From the NCBI GenBank assembly GCA_030167865.1, contig JALAGF010004075.1, forward strand, positions 1 through 64,000: a stretch of DNA of 64,000 nucleotides, given 5' to 3'. The notes beneath the pieces are model-generated. The model was not told the DNA's origin. It did not search any database and saw only the letters and a program-made list of their open reading frames with translations. The stretch's first letter is position 1, and every line of letters begins with the position of its first letter. Of this stretch, positions 23,183 through 36,430 are shown piece after piece. The translations under genes were made by a program, and so were the position numbers. The stretch is from Craspedostauros australis. Taxonomy: Eukaryota.

Positions 23183-24763
23183 ATGGCCACTTCATGCTTT
23201 CGGATAACCGCAACGCTTGCGGTCTGCTTGCGTTTGGCATTGATCATCGCACAATGCACGAAGGAGCTTTCAGCACAGCCATCGGCTGCTTGGATGGACG
23301 ACGCCATCATCTCATCGCTATTCGCGCGACCCTACCAAACCCTCAATCAGATTCGCGAGATGGATGCCTTGAAGAGCATCGTCTCTGCGAACACGGCGAA
23401 TTTCACGATATACCAAGTGCAAGACTTTGCTGGCGTGCCTCCGTTGGTGTATCATTCATTCTCGCTGATATCACAACTGCCGTACTCAGGCCCCGTCTTT
23501 GCGATCCTGCTGCTCGCAGTGGACGTACTGATCGCATTCTTCATTCATCAAATCGCGGAGACCGTCTTGCTGCGGCGGAAGTCCTCGAATGGAGAAATCA
23601 GCGTCAACAGCAACGAACAGAATGAGAGTGCTCGCAACTCCATCGACGACAACTTGTGGGATGCGGAAGAGGAGCTGCAGCTGAGGATGCCGAATTCCAT
23701 CGCACCGCAAAATTCCCACATATTTCCGTGCTTTGCGTCTACAAGCACGAACGTGAAAAGCAGCAGCAGCAGCAGTACCAAACGTGATGAACGAAAAGGA
23801 AAATGGCGAAATACAGCGAAACAACAGTCGCCTTTGTTGCCAATGGAGCAGCTACCCTCCATCGCATCTCTGCTGTACTTCGCAAGTCCCATATCAATGC
23901 TGTCTTCGCAGTATTATGGATGCTACCAGAACATCCCGTGCATGCTGGTTCTGGCGAGCATACACCTTGGTCTTGCGCCAAACTCTAGCCATGTCTCAGG
24001 TATCATGCTGGCGCTGGCGGCGTACATCGAGCCGTGTCACATGAGCTACGCGGTGCCCATCATTCTGCTTCTCAACCAACGTCAAGTTAAACACAACAAG
24101 CAGAGCAAACAGATGACCTCGATATCAGAATCAGCGGTCTTCGCAACATCCTTCGTCATGGTTTCCATCATCCTTCAGGCTGCTGCATTGGCTGCCGTCG
24201 GAACTGCCAACTACGCACGCATCATCGAGCTCTCCTACGGCATGATCTGGAAGTCCATCCGCCCGAGCCTTTCCGTGCTATGGTACTTTCACATGCAGCT
24301 CTTTGATCGCTTCCGGTCCTTCTACGCATACATGATACTGGGCCTGCCGTACCTGCTGGTATTGCCTTTGGCCAAACGATTATCCGACTTCCCCGTCACG
24401 CTCATCGCGGCCTACTGGATGATCTTCACGGTGTACCGACCCACGCAAACGCTATTTGATTTCAATATCGCCCTCTCCTTGATGCTGTGGAACCCTCATA
24501 CCTTGGCACGCATGTCCAGCGTCTCCGTCATTGCCATGTGCAGCATGATGGTGCCCGTGCTGCTCTATGTGGTGGATTCCTGGATGTGGCTGCACGCCGG
24601 GTCCGGCAACGCCAACTTCATCTTCTTCCAATGCTTGGCATACAACGCATTCGTCGGCATTGTGCTTGCACAGTTCTGCAGTTGCAGCGTGCAGCGCAGG
24701 AAGGCGTTGTCGCTGACGAAGGCGGCGATAGTGACGCCCGGTGAGCATGTCAAGGTGGAATGA
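23183..24763 (+). CDS. PIGU: GPI transamidase subunit PIG-U/GAB1
   Basis: Multi-TM ORF with PPL, YFASP, PSLSVLWYFHMQLFDRFRSFY and WLHAGSGNANFIF motifs. Confidence 0.9.
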   Translation: MATSCFRITATLAVCLRLALIIAQCTKELSAQPSAAWMDDAIISSLFARPYQTLNQIREMDALKSIVSANTANFTIYQVQDFAGVPPLVYHSFSLISQLPYSGPVFAILLLAVDVLIAFFIHQIAETVLLRRKSSNGEISVNSNEQNESARNSIDDNLWDAEEELQLRMPNSIAPQNSHIFPCFASTSTNVKSSSSSSTKRDERKGKWRNTAKQQSPLLPMEQLPSIASLLYFASPISMLSSQYYGCYQNIPCMLVLASIHLGLAPNSSHVSGIMLALAAYIEPCHMSYAVPIILLLNQRQVKHNKQSKQMTSISESAVFATSFVMVSIILQAAALAAVGTANYARIIELSYGMIWKSIRPSLSVLWYFHMQLFDRFRSFYAYMILGLPYLLVLPLAKRLSDFPVTLIAAYWMIFTVYRPTQTLFDFNIALSLMLWNPHTLARMSSVSVIAMCSMMVPVLLYVVDSWMWLHAGSGNANFIFFQCLAYNAFVGIVLAQFCSCSVQRRKALSLTKAAIVTPGEHVKVE

Positions 24764-25251
24764 ACAGAGCACCGCATGTCATGGGAACAAAGGCATGCGC
24801 ATGCACTCGTAGAACTATCATACTACACAATAAAATCTGCGACACTATCATATCATGCTCAATGGGACTCTTCGCCGTGGTTGGCCATCGCAGGGCGGCA
24901 GCAGCGTGCGTGCGTGCGTGCGTGGATGAAGGTGGATGCAGATGGCCATGGCATCCCCATAGATTGAACGAACGAGACTAGATGGTAGACCACATACTCG
25001 AATGTAGAGACGATCATGGTCATTGCAAAAGAAACAAACCACCAAAAAGAACAAAGAAGATTCGCATCGCCCGAACAAGACAGGGAAGGGAAGAAAGAAT
25101 TCCATCGTTGACACCGAACCTTCACCCACACGCACGAACACACGAACGAACGACCTCTTGCCTCCATCATCTGTGCCTCCATCATCTGCGCATAATCCTT
25201 TCATCGTTGGTTGCCTCTCTGACGGTACGAGTGACCTTCCACTGCCAAACC

Positions 25252-27323
25252 ATGTCCTTCTCTTCACGACGTCGCAACTACTTGCTGACTCCCCATCGCA
25301 GAGATGGTCTCATTGAATGGTACGTCGCGTCCGTGTCATCCAACGTGATGTCACGCAATGGGATGTCACGATGTCTACTTGATGGTCAAGGTCGTCGATG
25401 GATCCCTTGCGTCCAGGATACCGTGTCGCCCCTTGCATCGTCTCTCTTTGTCTTGCCATGCCCTTCCATGCATCGTCGATGCTGCAGTTGATGCCAAGAG
25501 AGGTCGTGGCATATCTGTACGGTGTCCCGTGGATACCGCATTCGGTATGCTGCTTCCAACACTGGAATGACACGAGAGGTGACGATGGTACTTGCGACAT
25601 GCTCAACTCGGAACTGACACACTTGGTGATTGACACCTCTCATGTATCTCCCATACACGTACATGAATGCATACACATACACATACACATGCATACTGAT
25701 ACGCAGGATGAAGAGCATGTTGATGCACAGCTTCGTTCTGGATGCATTGGAGAATACCGGCGCTGATACCTTCAGCCACTTCGAGGTGCTGATCAACGAA
25801 CATCGCGCCAACACCGATGATTCCAGGCCATCCCGATTGAAGCAGCTGGTTCCCACGGTCGGAACCTTCCACACGCCTCTGCCCTTGCGTCAGGCGTTCC
25901 TCGTCTACAATGCCAAACATTTCTTGACGAAGCGGAAGCACATTCAGATATCCTTCAATGAGATCCGTCACATCATGAATCTGGCGCAGGTCATGGCGAT
26001 GAAAACGCCCGAACCTGGAGAAGAGGCCAGCGACGGGAAGTTCTTCATCAACCGATTGGCGCATGCGTCGTCCAGCGAGGAGGATGCGTTCCAGGATGAC
26101 ACGACGGAGATCGATCTGTCCGGCCACTTCGACGGCGCAGATCTCATCACGTTCGATGGAGACCAAACCCTCTACAGCGATGGTTCCAACTTTGAGGGTA
26201 ATCCGAGATTGGCCAACTACCTCACGTTGCTGCTGCAGCATGGCGTCACTGTCGCTGTCGTCACGGCAGCTGGATACGAGTACAACGTCGAGAAGTACGA
26301 GCTGCGTTTGTCAGGTCTGCTGAACTATTTCAAGAAGATGCATCTCACCGCAGAGCAGTGCAATCGATTCTACCTCTTTGGTGGCGAATGTAACTACTTG
26401 CTTCAGGTGAGTTGATCATTGCGTCAAAAGAGAGTCTGAATGCGTTGGTTGTGAACCCAACTTGTATTATACGAGTGCAACGGCATTCGCAGAAACATGG
26501 CATACGGTCGGGATTCAAATCACAACTGTATTATCATGCCGTGCAACGTGCCGGGTATAACACGCTCACCCCCCCCCACATGTCACGCTGCTTTTCTTAT
26601 TTTCTGCATGCGAAATCACAGCTCGGAAGCGACTACAAACTGCACGCGGTGTCAGAAAGTGGGGCTGGTGGTTGGTTGACGACCACGAAGTACCTGCCGC
26701 ACGCACCTGGCAATTGGACGGACAAGGACGTCGGCGATTTGCTGGATGTGGCGGAACAATCCGTGCAGGAAAGTCTCGAGGACCAGACCTTGCGTGGCCG
26801 TGTCATTCGCAAGAAACGTGCCGTCGGACTGGTGCCATTGCCTGGCCAGTCTATGCCACGTGAGGCTCTGGATGAGACTGTGCTGCGCTGCCAATCTAAA
26901 CTCGAGCGCATGAATGACCGCAAGGGACCCAATTTGCCCTACTGTGCCTTCAATGGAGGTTCCGATGCCTGGGTGGACGTGGGCAACAAACGCGTTGGTG
27001 TGCAAATCTTGCAATCATATCTGGGAATCGATGCCGCCAAGACGTTGCACATCGGTGATCAATTCTTGAACACGGGCAACGATTACGCCGCGCGCGACGT
27101 GTGCCCTTGCATCTGGATCACATCCCCGGAAGAGACGACCTACATTCTCAAGATCATGTTGCGGTTGTCTGGTATTCCCACGAGCTTCGTCAAGGGCGAA
27201 GGAGTGGCGGACGGCGAGGCATCGGGCGGTGATAGCAAGGTCGACTTTAATGAAATCGGACGTCGCAACGAGGTCGTGAAAACGATGGATGTTTACACTG
27301 GAGAGATCACTACCGCAAAGTAG
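25252..27323 (+). CDS. ISN1: IMP-specific 5'-nucleotidase (HAD fold); exons 25252..25319, 25707..26406, 26622..27323
   Basis: HRRDGLIEW-MKSML, RLKQLVPTVGTFHTPLPL, SFNEIRHIMN, HAD motif TFDGDQTLY, VTAAGY, CAFNGGSDAWVDVGNK and HIGDQF..GNDY. Splice sites are frame-consistent. Confidence 0.93.
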
Positions 27324-27776
27324 GCAATGAGCTGCGTTGGATGACTATTATGCATCATCACTGATTGGTTGATCGACGTGTGGATCAACGGATGGATCGA
27401 CTGCTCCCACATGTGCTTACGTCCCTTTGGCTTTGCTACATAATGCTATAACATGGGTAGAATGCTCAGTGGAACGGTAAATACGACTACTAGTACACTT
27501 GAATGATATGGTAGGAGTGTGAACCCCAAGCAAGGTCTGATCTTAAGCATCATATCCTTACTCGTATGATAGGGCCGACTGTGCACGGCAGGCCATCGTC
27601 GCAGTTGCAGATTGAGCGTTGTTGTCGATCATTTCATTTTCGTTTGATGCCATGCCACGCCGTGCTGTCTTGGTGAATGCCATTCCATGTTATTCGAATG
27701 GGTGATGAAAGTCAAATAAACAGCAATCGGACATGATACGCTTCCACAGAAGAGGTGAGTCTCATCATAGTCGTGT

Positions 27777-29535
27777 CTATTCCTCGTCTTCGTCAATATC
27801 CTCCTCGTCATCGATGAGGTTGTCAAGCATGGAATCCAGATTGGCCTCATCCTCGAGGTCATCCACGCCCTCGGGCTCTGGCGTATCCAAGTCCTTGAGC
27901 AGATCTTCCAGGGATTGCATCTTCGGCTTGTCGATGTTTTCCTTGTCTTCCTGCGACATGTCGGATAACAGCGTTCCCGCGTAGAGATCCTTGAGGAAGT
28001 CGCCCTGCGCAGAAACGAAGCCATCGAATTCGGATGGCTGGGTGACGGCCCAGTAGCAGAAGGAAGAGAAGGCAACGGCAACGCCGATTCGGTAAGGCAG
28101 CTGGCCGGCCTTGGTCTTTTCGATGGAGATCCATGGCTTGAAGGAATCGATGAAGCCGAGGCTCTCATCGAAGAGGTTTGGCAGGAACCAGCAATCCCAG
28201 CCCAATATCCACACGAACAGGAATAGCAGCGCCCGGGACGTGATGAGGAAGAAGATGAAGAGCAGGAAGCTGACGGAGAGGTACCACACGAAGACCCGGA
28301 GGAAGGTTGGCCAGATGGGGAAGCAGACGCAGAACAAAAATCCCATGACCAGCGCCGACGTCATGAGGTGGCTCATCGTTTTGTCACCCTCGTACACCCA
28401 GGTGAAGTATCCAGCTTCGTCGAAATCGCGGACTCTCATCATCTGTTGTTGGAGCATCACATTTGCAGTTTGTATTGAATGCAGCGCATGGAGGCAAAAT
28501 CAATCATTCATGGGAGTGTCAGGAATTGATTGATTGATTCGTTGATGCGTTTGTTCATTTGAATTCCAATCGAAATTGACACCATTGGTTTGATTTGATT
28601 TGGCATGATTCCATCCCATCCCGTTCGTACATTTCATTTGTTTCATGGTTGATGAGAGCAGAGTATTTGTTTCGAATTGTGTGAGTATGCTCGTGCGTAG
28701 ACGATGGGAATGGCAACAACAACGACGACAACAACAACAACAGTAGCAGCAATGGCAGCGCGTACACATGACTCACCCCAAGCTCTCCCTTGCCCAGCTT
28801 TTCACATCGGAGGACGTATTGGAATTTGCAGAGATCCTTGCAGACAGCGATGGCCTCGGTTCTGTTCTGGAATCGGGGGAGATTTGTTGGCCATTTGGTG
28901 CCCTTCTTTGGTTCTGTCAAGAAATTCACGAGCTTCTCGCCTGCATGGATGAGTTTGTATGCGGTGGATGGAGGGGGTATGAAAGGACGAAGGGAATGGA
29001 GAGGAAGAGCAGCAGTGATTGCGGTAGAGCAACTTGAATTGAATTGCGTGGAAACAGAGCCAATCAACTGTGAGACTCAAAGAACATCAGGTTGTTGTTT
29101 GACTTGACTTGGTGTACTCCCTTCATTCGAAGATGCACAGCCGCAGAGCTGCGATCCGTTGACCAAATGGACAAGCCAGAGATGGCGCCCTTGTGCTATT
29201 CGTGTGCTACCTTCTACATCCTCCACCAAACAAAGATCTGTGGTTGAACAAAACCGAGCTTTGTCGCGCTTGCCGAGACCCGTCCAAATATCCGTGAGAA
29301 TGCCCTCAGCACAACACAACACAATACGAGCACAGCGTAAGAACGCAACCACACATGCACGCACTCACGCACCTTTCATGTAGTGAACTCGCTTCTCCAT
29401 GAGCAGAGCCTCGCGCACTGCTGGACCATCCTTGCTGCGCAAGAAGTCGCACAGCTTCTTCAGATTGCTGTCGTCATCGTAGAACGAGTCTCCAGCCTCT
29501 TCCTTGTTGGGCTCTGCTGCGCCGTTCGTTGCCAT
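27777..29535 (-). CDS. SEC62: ER translocon subunit Sec62; exons 29535..29373, 28940..28777, 28442..27777
   Basis: KRVHYMK-GEKLV, YFTWVYEG, CFPIWP, two TM helices and WFLPNLFDESLGFIDSFKP. Exons 1+2 total 327 nt, in frame with exon 3. Confidence 0.92.
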
Positions 29536-30649
29536 GGTTTCTCAGTTGCTTGATCGTTTGCTTGATCGTTTGGTTGGATGCGTCCACTGCTCTTGATGGT
29601 GCGGTGTCTCTCTCACCCTTGTCTTGGTTCCTCTTTCCTCCTCTCTGTTTCGTGCTACTCTTCGCTTGTTGTTGGGACTGTTGAGGTTGGCGCTCTTTTT
29701 GTCTTCGTTGCACTCTCTCTCTCTTTTCGTTGCGGACGTTGTTCTTGTGGTGGAAAGTTGCGATTGCGCCATCATCAATGACCCTCAGGACTACACGTGG
29801 CGCACGATGCAACCTCAACAAGAAACGACGATGTCTGTCTGTCGACCCGCAAAACAACACAACGCTGTTTGTTTGGCGCAAATACGCACGAACGCAACGG
29901 ACACATTTTCGCGGTTCTTCATTCTTCTTTCTGCTCCAAATGGTCGTTTCGCGTGTCACGTCACCCAGATCGCCAGTCTTGGTGGCGGTACGACCTCTTC
30001 CGCCTCGAACATGTCACCCCACGCCATTGGGACCATTGACGATGACGCTTTTCTGGCGCGCCCAAGATCACGTTCCGCCACGGTAGACATCGATCCATCA
30101 TGCGGATGGAGCAGCCAACAGAGCTGTCAGCGACTTGATGGGCGTGTGGTAAACGGCTCCTCTCTTCAATAGGGCGATGCCTTATCGTCAACAAAGAGGC
30201 ACCATCGCGGTTGATTGTCTTGCTCCAAAGAAGGAGATGGTGCGTCTGCTCTCTTCCTTTCCTTCTCTCTCACAAGGCTGGAAAACGTGGAAGGAGGCGG
30301 GACTGGCAACACAACGCGACACGGCAGAACACAAACGAAATAGATCACATGTCGTGAGAAAGGGTCACAAAATCCATGGCATGGCATGGCATGGCATGGG
30401 GTACCAACCGCTGTGGAACGAAGAACCGCATCGGATTCCTTCATTTTCAACGCCACAGACGCATGTACGTGCAACATCCAAGCACGCTGAACCTTCGACG
30501 ATGTATCCCCTGCGTTCGTTCGCGGTGCTCCTCATCATCGATGATGCATGAAGTCTCTCTCGTCACAAAATTCTCACATCACCGATCCACACAACCTGAA
30601 ACAACACCCCCGTGAACAACAGACGACAACGACATTCATCTCTCCAACC

Positions 30650-30973
30650 ATGCCCACCAACGCCGAAAAATTCGATATCGTCCAGCAATTCGTGGCTGCC
30701 ATGGCTCGCAAGGACCTGCAGGCCGCGGCCGAGTTCTTGACCGAGGACATCACCTTCACGACTCCCATGATGACCATCACATCCAAGCAGGAATGGCTTG
30801 AGAAGGCCTCCAAGCCCATGAACGCGAGCTTCGAAGAACTCCAGATGAGTGACGACGGTACCATCTTTCGCATGGGGACCAAGAAGGTTGCGATGATCAG
30901 CCTCAAAGTGCGCCAAACATTCGACGTCAATGATGACGGCAAGATCCAATCTGTCACGATCCGAAAGGCGTAG
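30650..30973 (+). CDS. Small SnoaL-like/NTF2-fold protein
   Basis: IVQQFVAAMARKDLQAAAEFLTEDITFTTP...FDVNDDGKIQSV, a typical NTF2-like start and end. Strong coding codon bias. Confidence 0.75.
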   Translation: MPTNAEKFDIVQQFVAAMARKDLQAAAEFLTEDITFTTPMMTITSKQEWLEKASKPMNASFEELQMSDDGTIFRMGTKKVAMISLKVRQTFDVNDDGKIQSVTIRKA

Positions 30974-31585
30974 AACAGAACATGATGCTGCGATTGGGCT
31001 GGACTGTGCTACAAGGACGTCAAGCACTCCAAACGACCACGTCACTTGCTGTTGGGATTGTTTTGATCGCGCGATGAAGGAGCAATCGAATCGAGCATAA
31101 AATAGAAGACACATCTTCTTCCAATAACATCCTTGTGCAGTGCCATGCTAAGTGTGAGCCTTCAAGTAAGTTTGCGCGGAATGCGTCCACTTGATGGCTG
31201 GTCCAGTCAAGTCCGGTCATTGCTTGCGATGCTGCCATGTTCCACAAGTCGCTCCTTCCTGTCATGTACCAGAGAGTAAAATCAATCATCACGAAGTCGT
31301 GCAGAGCACGCAAGCTATTAGTTAGAAAAGAGGTGTGTGGACAAAGGTATGAATGCATATCTATGTGTTGTTGCTGCTGCCGCTGTTGTCAAGTGTACCT
31401 GTGGGCTGCTGGTCCTTGTCTCCTTCGGCGACAATCGCGACGTGCACTTGCTCCTTTCCACTCCTAATCGCAAAGGAGCCGTCCAAACGCATCAGCCGAA
31501 ATGAAGTGCGCCGTTCCGACCTGTTCCGTTCGTCCACGTCCCACAGGTCGTACTCAACACTACTGTGAGAAGGCCAACGGGCGCT

Positions 31586-33325
31586 TCATGTCTTCCTGCT
31601 CTTGTGTACCCCCGCTCCAGTCGCCAGCGACGTCGCCCTGCAATTGACCCAGAAGGGCGACGTCCCTTGCTCCTCCACGAACACAGCGCCGAATTGTCGC
31701 AGGCAAGCTCTGGTTTCTTCCAAATCGGGCAGGAACAGCGCAGCGCGGAAGTATTCGATGGAGACGGTCGGCCGGAACGCGGCGATGATGCGTTCCAACG
31801 CCGATTGCCGCACCCTTCGGACCAGAAAGTCCATGAGGTAGGCGGAGAGGTGCGGTGCGAACTCGTACATCTTGAAGAATGTGCGGAAATCATCCTGCCC
31901 GATCGCCTTGACGACCTGCAGGGCGTGCGAAGTTGATGGGCCCACAGCCCCCTTGTCATCAGTTGCATCATGGTGCACCTTGCTGTCGGGTTTGGTTGAG
32001 GTGTCGCTGTTTCTGGTGCCATGATGCTGACGATGCAGCCCATGGACGTCGTTCTTGCCAACGAGGTGCTGTTGGAAGGCACGGTTGAGATCCCATACCG
32101 AGTTCTTCACCAATGCGTACAGGATTCTGTAGGCAGTGAATTCGTCAGCCGCCTCCGTGGTTTGCTGGAGCTGTTCAGTTTCGGCATGATCACGATGTGG
32201 TCTGTGAACGCCCATCATGAGATCATCCTTCGATGGCATGTCCTCGTCGTATGGCAACGGGTCGCCGCTGGTCAAGGAAATGATCATGGTCTGGCATCGG
32301 TTGAACTCGGACAGATCGCCGTTCTCGAGCAGCAACCTGGCGTGCATCTCGTAGACATCCAGCACAAACTTGTTCCTGAGATGCTGCACCGTGATGTCTT
32401 GGCGCACGCTCTTGAGCTGCTCCGTGGCCCATTCGAAGTCCTCCTCCTGGAAGAACTTGTGCTTGATGTGCTTCAGCGATTTGACCAGCACATCGAGCGG
32501 CCGGACCTTCTCACGTTTCGGGAACGTCGTGAGTCGGAAGTAGGGCTTCTCCAAATCCTGGCAGGTTCCCACGAAGACGGAGGAAGACGTTTGATCGTCG
32601 CTGTCTTTCGACCTTCTTCGCTTCTTCGACTTGTGGGAGGCATAACCCGCATCATCTCTCGAACTTGACAGAGCACCTGGCAGAGTGTCAGGGTTGCAAT
32701 AGTAATTGTAGCTGGCGTCGTCATCGTTTGATGCATCGCTACCGCTGGATTGGCCAAATCGTTGCTGTTGTGAGCGTGAAGCCACAGACATCGACCATGC
32801 ATACAGAAGGAGCAGAGAACACAGGAGAGTACATCAATCAGTTGCGCATGACAGAGTAGAGCAGAGCAGAGCGTGGTAAACGGGGAAATCATGAATTGAA
32901 GAGCTGTTCCGTGAGATTGTGCGATGTGCGAGGCATCGTGTGGTTTCATGAGCGCAACGATAAACACGATCGTGGCGAACGTAACAATCGCCGTCGCCAT
33001 CACCTTTCCTCTAGAGAGAGGCACAGCGTAGCATAGCGCAACATGCCACCCATATCATACGATGCAGAAAAGAGTGATAATGGAATGAAGAGAAGACGAC
33101 CGAACTCACCAATCGCTTGGCCCGACGCTGCGCCTCTTCGTTGGTGAGAGGCAGATCGAATCCAACCGAATTCTGCCCCATCATCACGTGCGACTTCTTG
33201 ATTCCTTTCGTTCCCACATCTTGCAGATAGGCACTGGGCGTCGTTGAAGCTCGGATCGTTGCCATGGTTGTTGCCTTTCGGTTCTTGCCGTTGTTCTTGT
33301 GCCACGATTTCTTTTTGGATTTCAT
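31586..33325 (-). CDS. SAC3/GANP/THP3 family protein (LENG8-like); exons 33325..33110, 32764..31586
   Basis: RRAKRL-QRF across the splice junction; VGTCQDLEKPYFRLT, VRPLDVL, EQLKSVRQDITVQH, YEMHARLLLENGDLSEFNRCQ and EFTAYRILY. Confidence 0.9.
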
Positions 33326-34234
33326 CTTGGGAAGCGGGCAGCCTGATCCAACTGCTGGATTGCGTCGTACCCTGGAGCAGTGGAACTGTGTGTCCTCTGT
33401 TCTTGCTCTGCCTCGTACGCGCTCGTGTGTATTCGTATGGTCCGCGTGCGTGCGTGTGGTAGTAGTAATTCCGCAGAATGTGGATCTCTGCACCAACAGA
33501 GGAGTTGTACGAGTATCGGTAGGCCGTTTCCGTTCTCTTGCTGCGAACTTTCGCACGCGGGAACAGTTGCTGTCAACGTGTCAGCTGCTCTCTCTCTCTC
33601 CTGCTCGTGGGTATTGCCTTCTGCTTAGTTTGTACGCGCGCAGCGTTGGCAGGATGCTCTCTCTCTGTGCTTGCCGATACTCCACGCTGTTGGCTTCTTG
33701 TGCGTGCGCTGCCGAGAGTGAGCCTTTTGTGTGGAGGAACCAACGATGGTGCAAGCGGTGCTGGTATTCCCATTCGTCGAGGTCTCGGATTGATGGTTCC
33801 CATCCTGTTGCTGGCTTTCGAGCCTCTTCTCCAGCCGACAACTTGGCACCAAGTGCTTCACGAATAGGGAGTGCCGGGACTCGTTGTCTTCCAACAACAC
33901 TGAAGCGCGGCGAACGATAACAGTCAGGCAGCTATTCCAAACCTCCTCACAGGCATGCGCAGCCACCGCACGTCACGAAAGAGGCAGGAGCAAGACGGTT
34001 GAAACACACTCTACGCTACCCTCTACAGAGAGAGAGAGAGTGTGTGTGTAGATGAACGAGTTCACGGCAAATGGCTCACTCTGTCGTGCGCGTATTCTAC
34101 CATGGTGGTTTACTTGAGGAGAGCAGTTTGTTGGCACGGCATCACGTTCGTGTCGCATCCTGCTTGCTACGCACATGTCCCCCAACCGCGATAGTATTGT
34201 ATGATAGGCGCACTGTTCGACGCACTCTGCGTGC

Positions 34235-36430
34235 TTAGTCATCGAGGGCGGAGGCTCCGGAGATAATCTCAATGAGCTCGGTGGTGATACGGGCCTGACG
34301 GGCGCGGTTGTATCGCAGAGTCAAGGAGTCGATCATTTCGTTGGCGTTCTGGGATGCGTTCTCCATGGCGGTCATACGGGAGGCCTGCTCGGCGGTGGCG
34401 CCGTCCATGAAGCTGTGGAAGAGCTGGGATGCGACCATGTACTCGAACAGATCGCCCATGGCATCTGGCTTGTCGGCATCGAAGTCGTAGGTGGGGAGCA
34501 GGGCGGAGTCATCCTCAAGCTTGGCGTATGGGGTGATGACCTTGTACATCTGGTTGTACGTGGCGGCGTTGACGAAGGAATTGTAGACGATGCAGATGGC
34601 ATCGTAGTCCTCGGCACCGGCGGCGGAGAGCTCGGTGGCGATGGCGCAGGCCAGGGAGAAGTTACCTGGTGCGACGATGTCGGTCACGGTGCGGAGGATC
34701 TTGTCTCCGTGGGTGCGGCGAAGCTGGCCACGTCCCTTGTCGCCGACGACAACGATGTCGGCCTCCTTTCCTTGATCGATGAGCGACTTGAGGCAGTTCT
34801 TGGTGGCGCGGGTGATGAAGGAGTTGACACCACCGCAAAGTCCCTTCTCGGAGGTGATCGGGACGATGAGCGTCTTTTGTGGGAGCTCCTCGAAGGTGGC
34901 ATCCTCGATCATCTTCGGCTCGCCGGCCAGGGAGGCACTCCAGCTGTTGAAGGAAGCAGCAGCGGCAAGGCGACTCTCGTCTCCCTTGAGCTTGGCAGCG
35001 GAGACCATCTTCATGGATGAAGTGATCTTCTTGATATTCTTGGTGGATTGGATTTGGTTGAAAACTGAGGAAAGTGCAGGACGGGTTGCAGGAATTCATG
35101 GATTGAACGTGTCGCGGTTGTATGGTTGTGGAGTAAACCAAAGAATGAAGCAAAGTTGAAAGATGGTGAGCGATGGATGAATATAATCTTCGAGACTTCT
35201 TGCATAATTGACAAAGAGAGGATCGATCTCGTATCCAAAGACGTCCATCGGTAGTGTGTTCATCCCACCCTGACGGCGATTGGAGTACTCGATGTCGCTG
35301 ATCAACGCTTTGAGAGGGGTGGCATGTTGCAGCAGTGTTGCATGGCTGCAGTCTTCATGTCCATGCCCATCACCTTGCTTGCTGCACAAGTGGCGAAGCA
35401 CGGTGTCTTGAGCCGTAACTGAGCCTCCGCCTGCTCCTCACAGAATTCGACCAAACACAACTCAATCTCGTTGGCAATTACTCGTGCAACTGACTTCTGC
35501 AAAAGCAACAGCCACAAACCACAAAGTGACATTCCTTGTGATTGTGATTCCTTCAGGACTCCACCGATGGTTCTGTGTCCAGCTTCAGTTTCAGGTATAG
35601 CTTCAGCTATGATAACCTGCGCCCAAGAGTTCCACACAGATTCACATCCACAACCGAGCTACGTCACCAAACAGTCGGGCATCTGCGAATTCATGTCATC
35701 ATTCTCCATCGGTTGCATGGCATGTCTTCAATGCCTTCTCACTCACTCTGCTTTTCAGTGGCCATTCCACGTGCCTGTTGGCGTGTGACCCTGCGTGCAC
35801 ATGCGTGAAGGAATGGGATTGTTGGGGGCGGCACGAAGGCGTCGCCGATGAAAAGGTGAAACGGAGGAGACGAGACGAGATGTGAGAAGTACGAGGACGA
35901 AGAGAGAGAGAGAGTATGTGTGCGTGTTGTTGTTGTGGGATGATTGCATCCCAATGGTTCATGCGGTCACAGTTGAAAGGATCTCCCATGCCGACGCCGA
36001 TGCTGTTGCCCCACCACAGCACACGTGCCGATGGCAACACCGAGATTGGGTTGTGTGCTTGTACTTGCGCTTGTGTCCGCTACGAATTAACCATCAGCAC
36101 AGCCATAAGAGGTAACCCATCCTATCCCATCCCAGCATGCAAGCCGTTGAAAGGCCTTCGAAGGCCACGCCCTTGCGAAGCTGCCTTTGGTGTGCTGCTG
36201 CCAAGTTTTTTCACGTGCCGACATGCAGCCGCATTGGGGCAGATTCACTTTGCCGGACACGGACACGAGGAGGATGACGACATCGATAGCCTCGACAATC
36301 CAACCAACCAGCCAGCCAACCAGCCAACCAACGGATCGACCAAGAAGGCAGGCTTTGCGCCGCGATTGATCACTCACATGGAGGCCACACGTGGGGCTGC
36401 CCGCTGGATGATGGTGCGAAGAGGAGCCAT
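34235..36430 (-). CDS. ATP3: Mitochondrial F1-ATP synthase gamma subunit; exons 36430..36378, 35790..35747, 35064..34235
   Basis: Spliced product reads MAPLRTIIQRAAPRVASMVTRQQARG-MATEKQIFNQIQSTKNIKKITSSMKMVSAAK, with KGLCGG, EQASRMTAMENA and NRARQARITTELIEIISGA. Introns 36377..35791 and 35746..35065 are GT-AG and phase-consistent. Confidence 0.95.

Noticed and set aside
35585-35702. Intronic C/D box snoRNA in ATP3 (minus-strand ATGATGA with downstream CTGA)
   Set aside because: No terminal stem or recognisable rRNA-complementary guide; such short motifs arise by chance.
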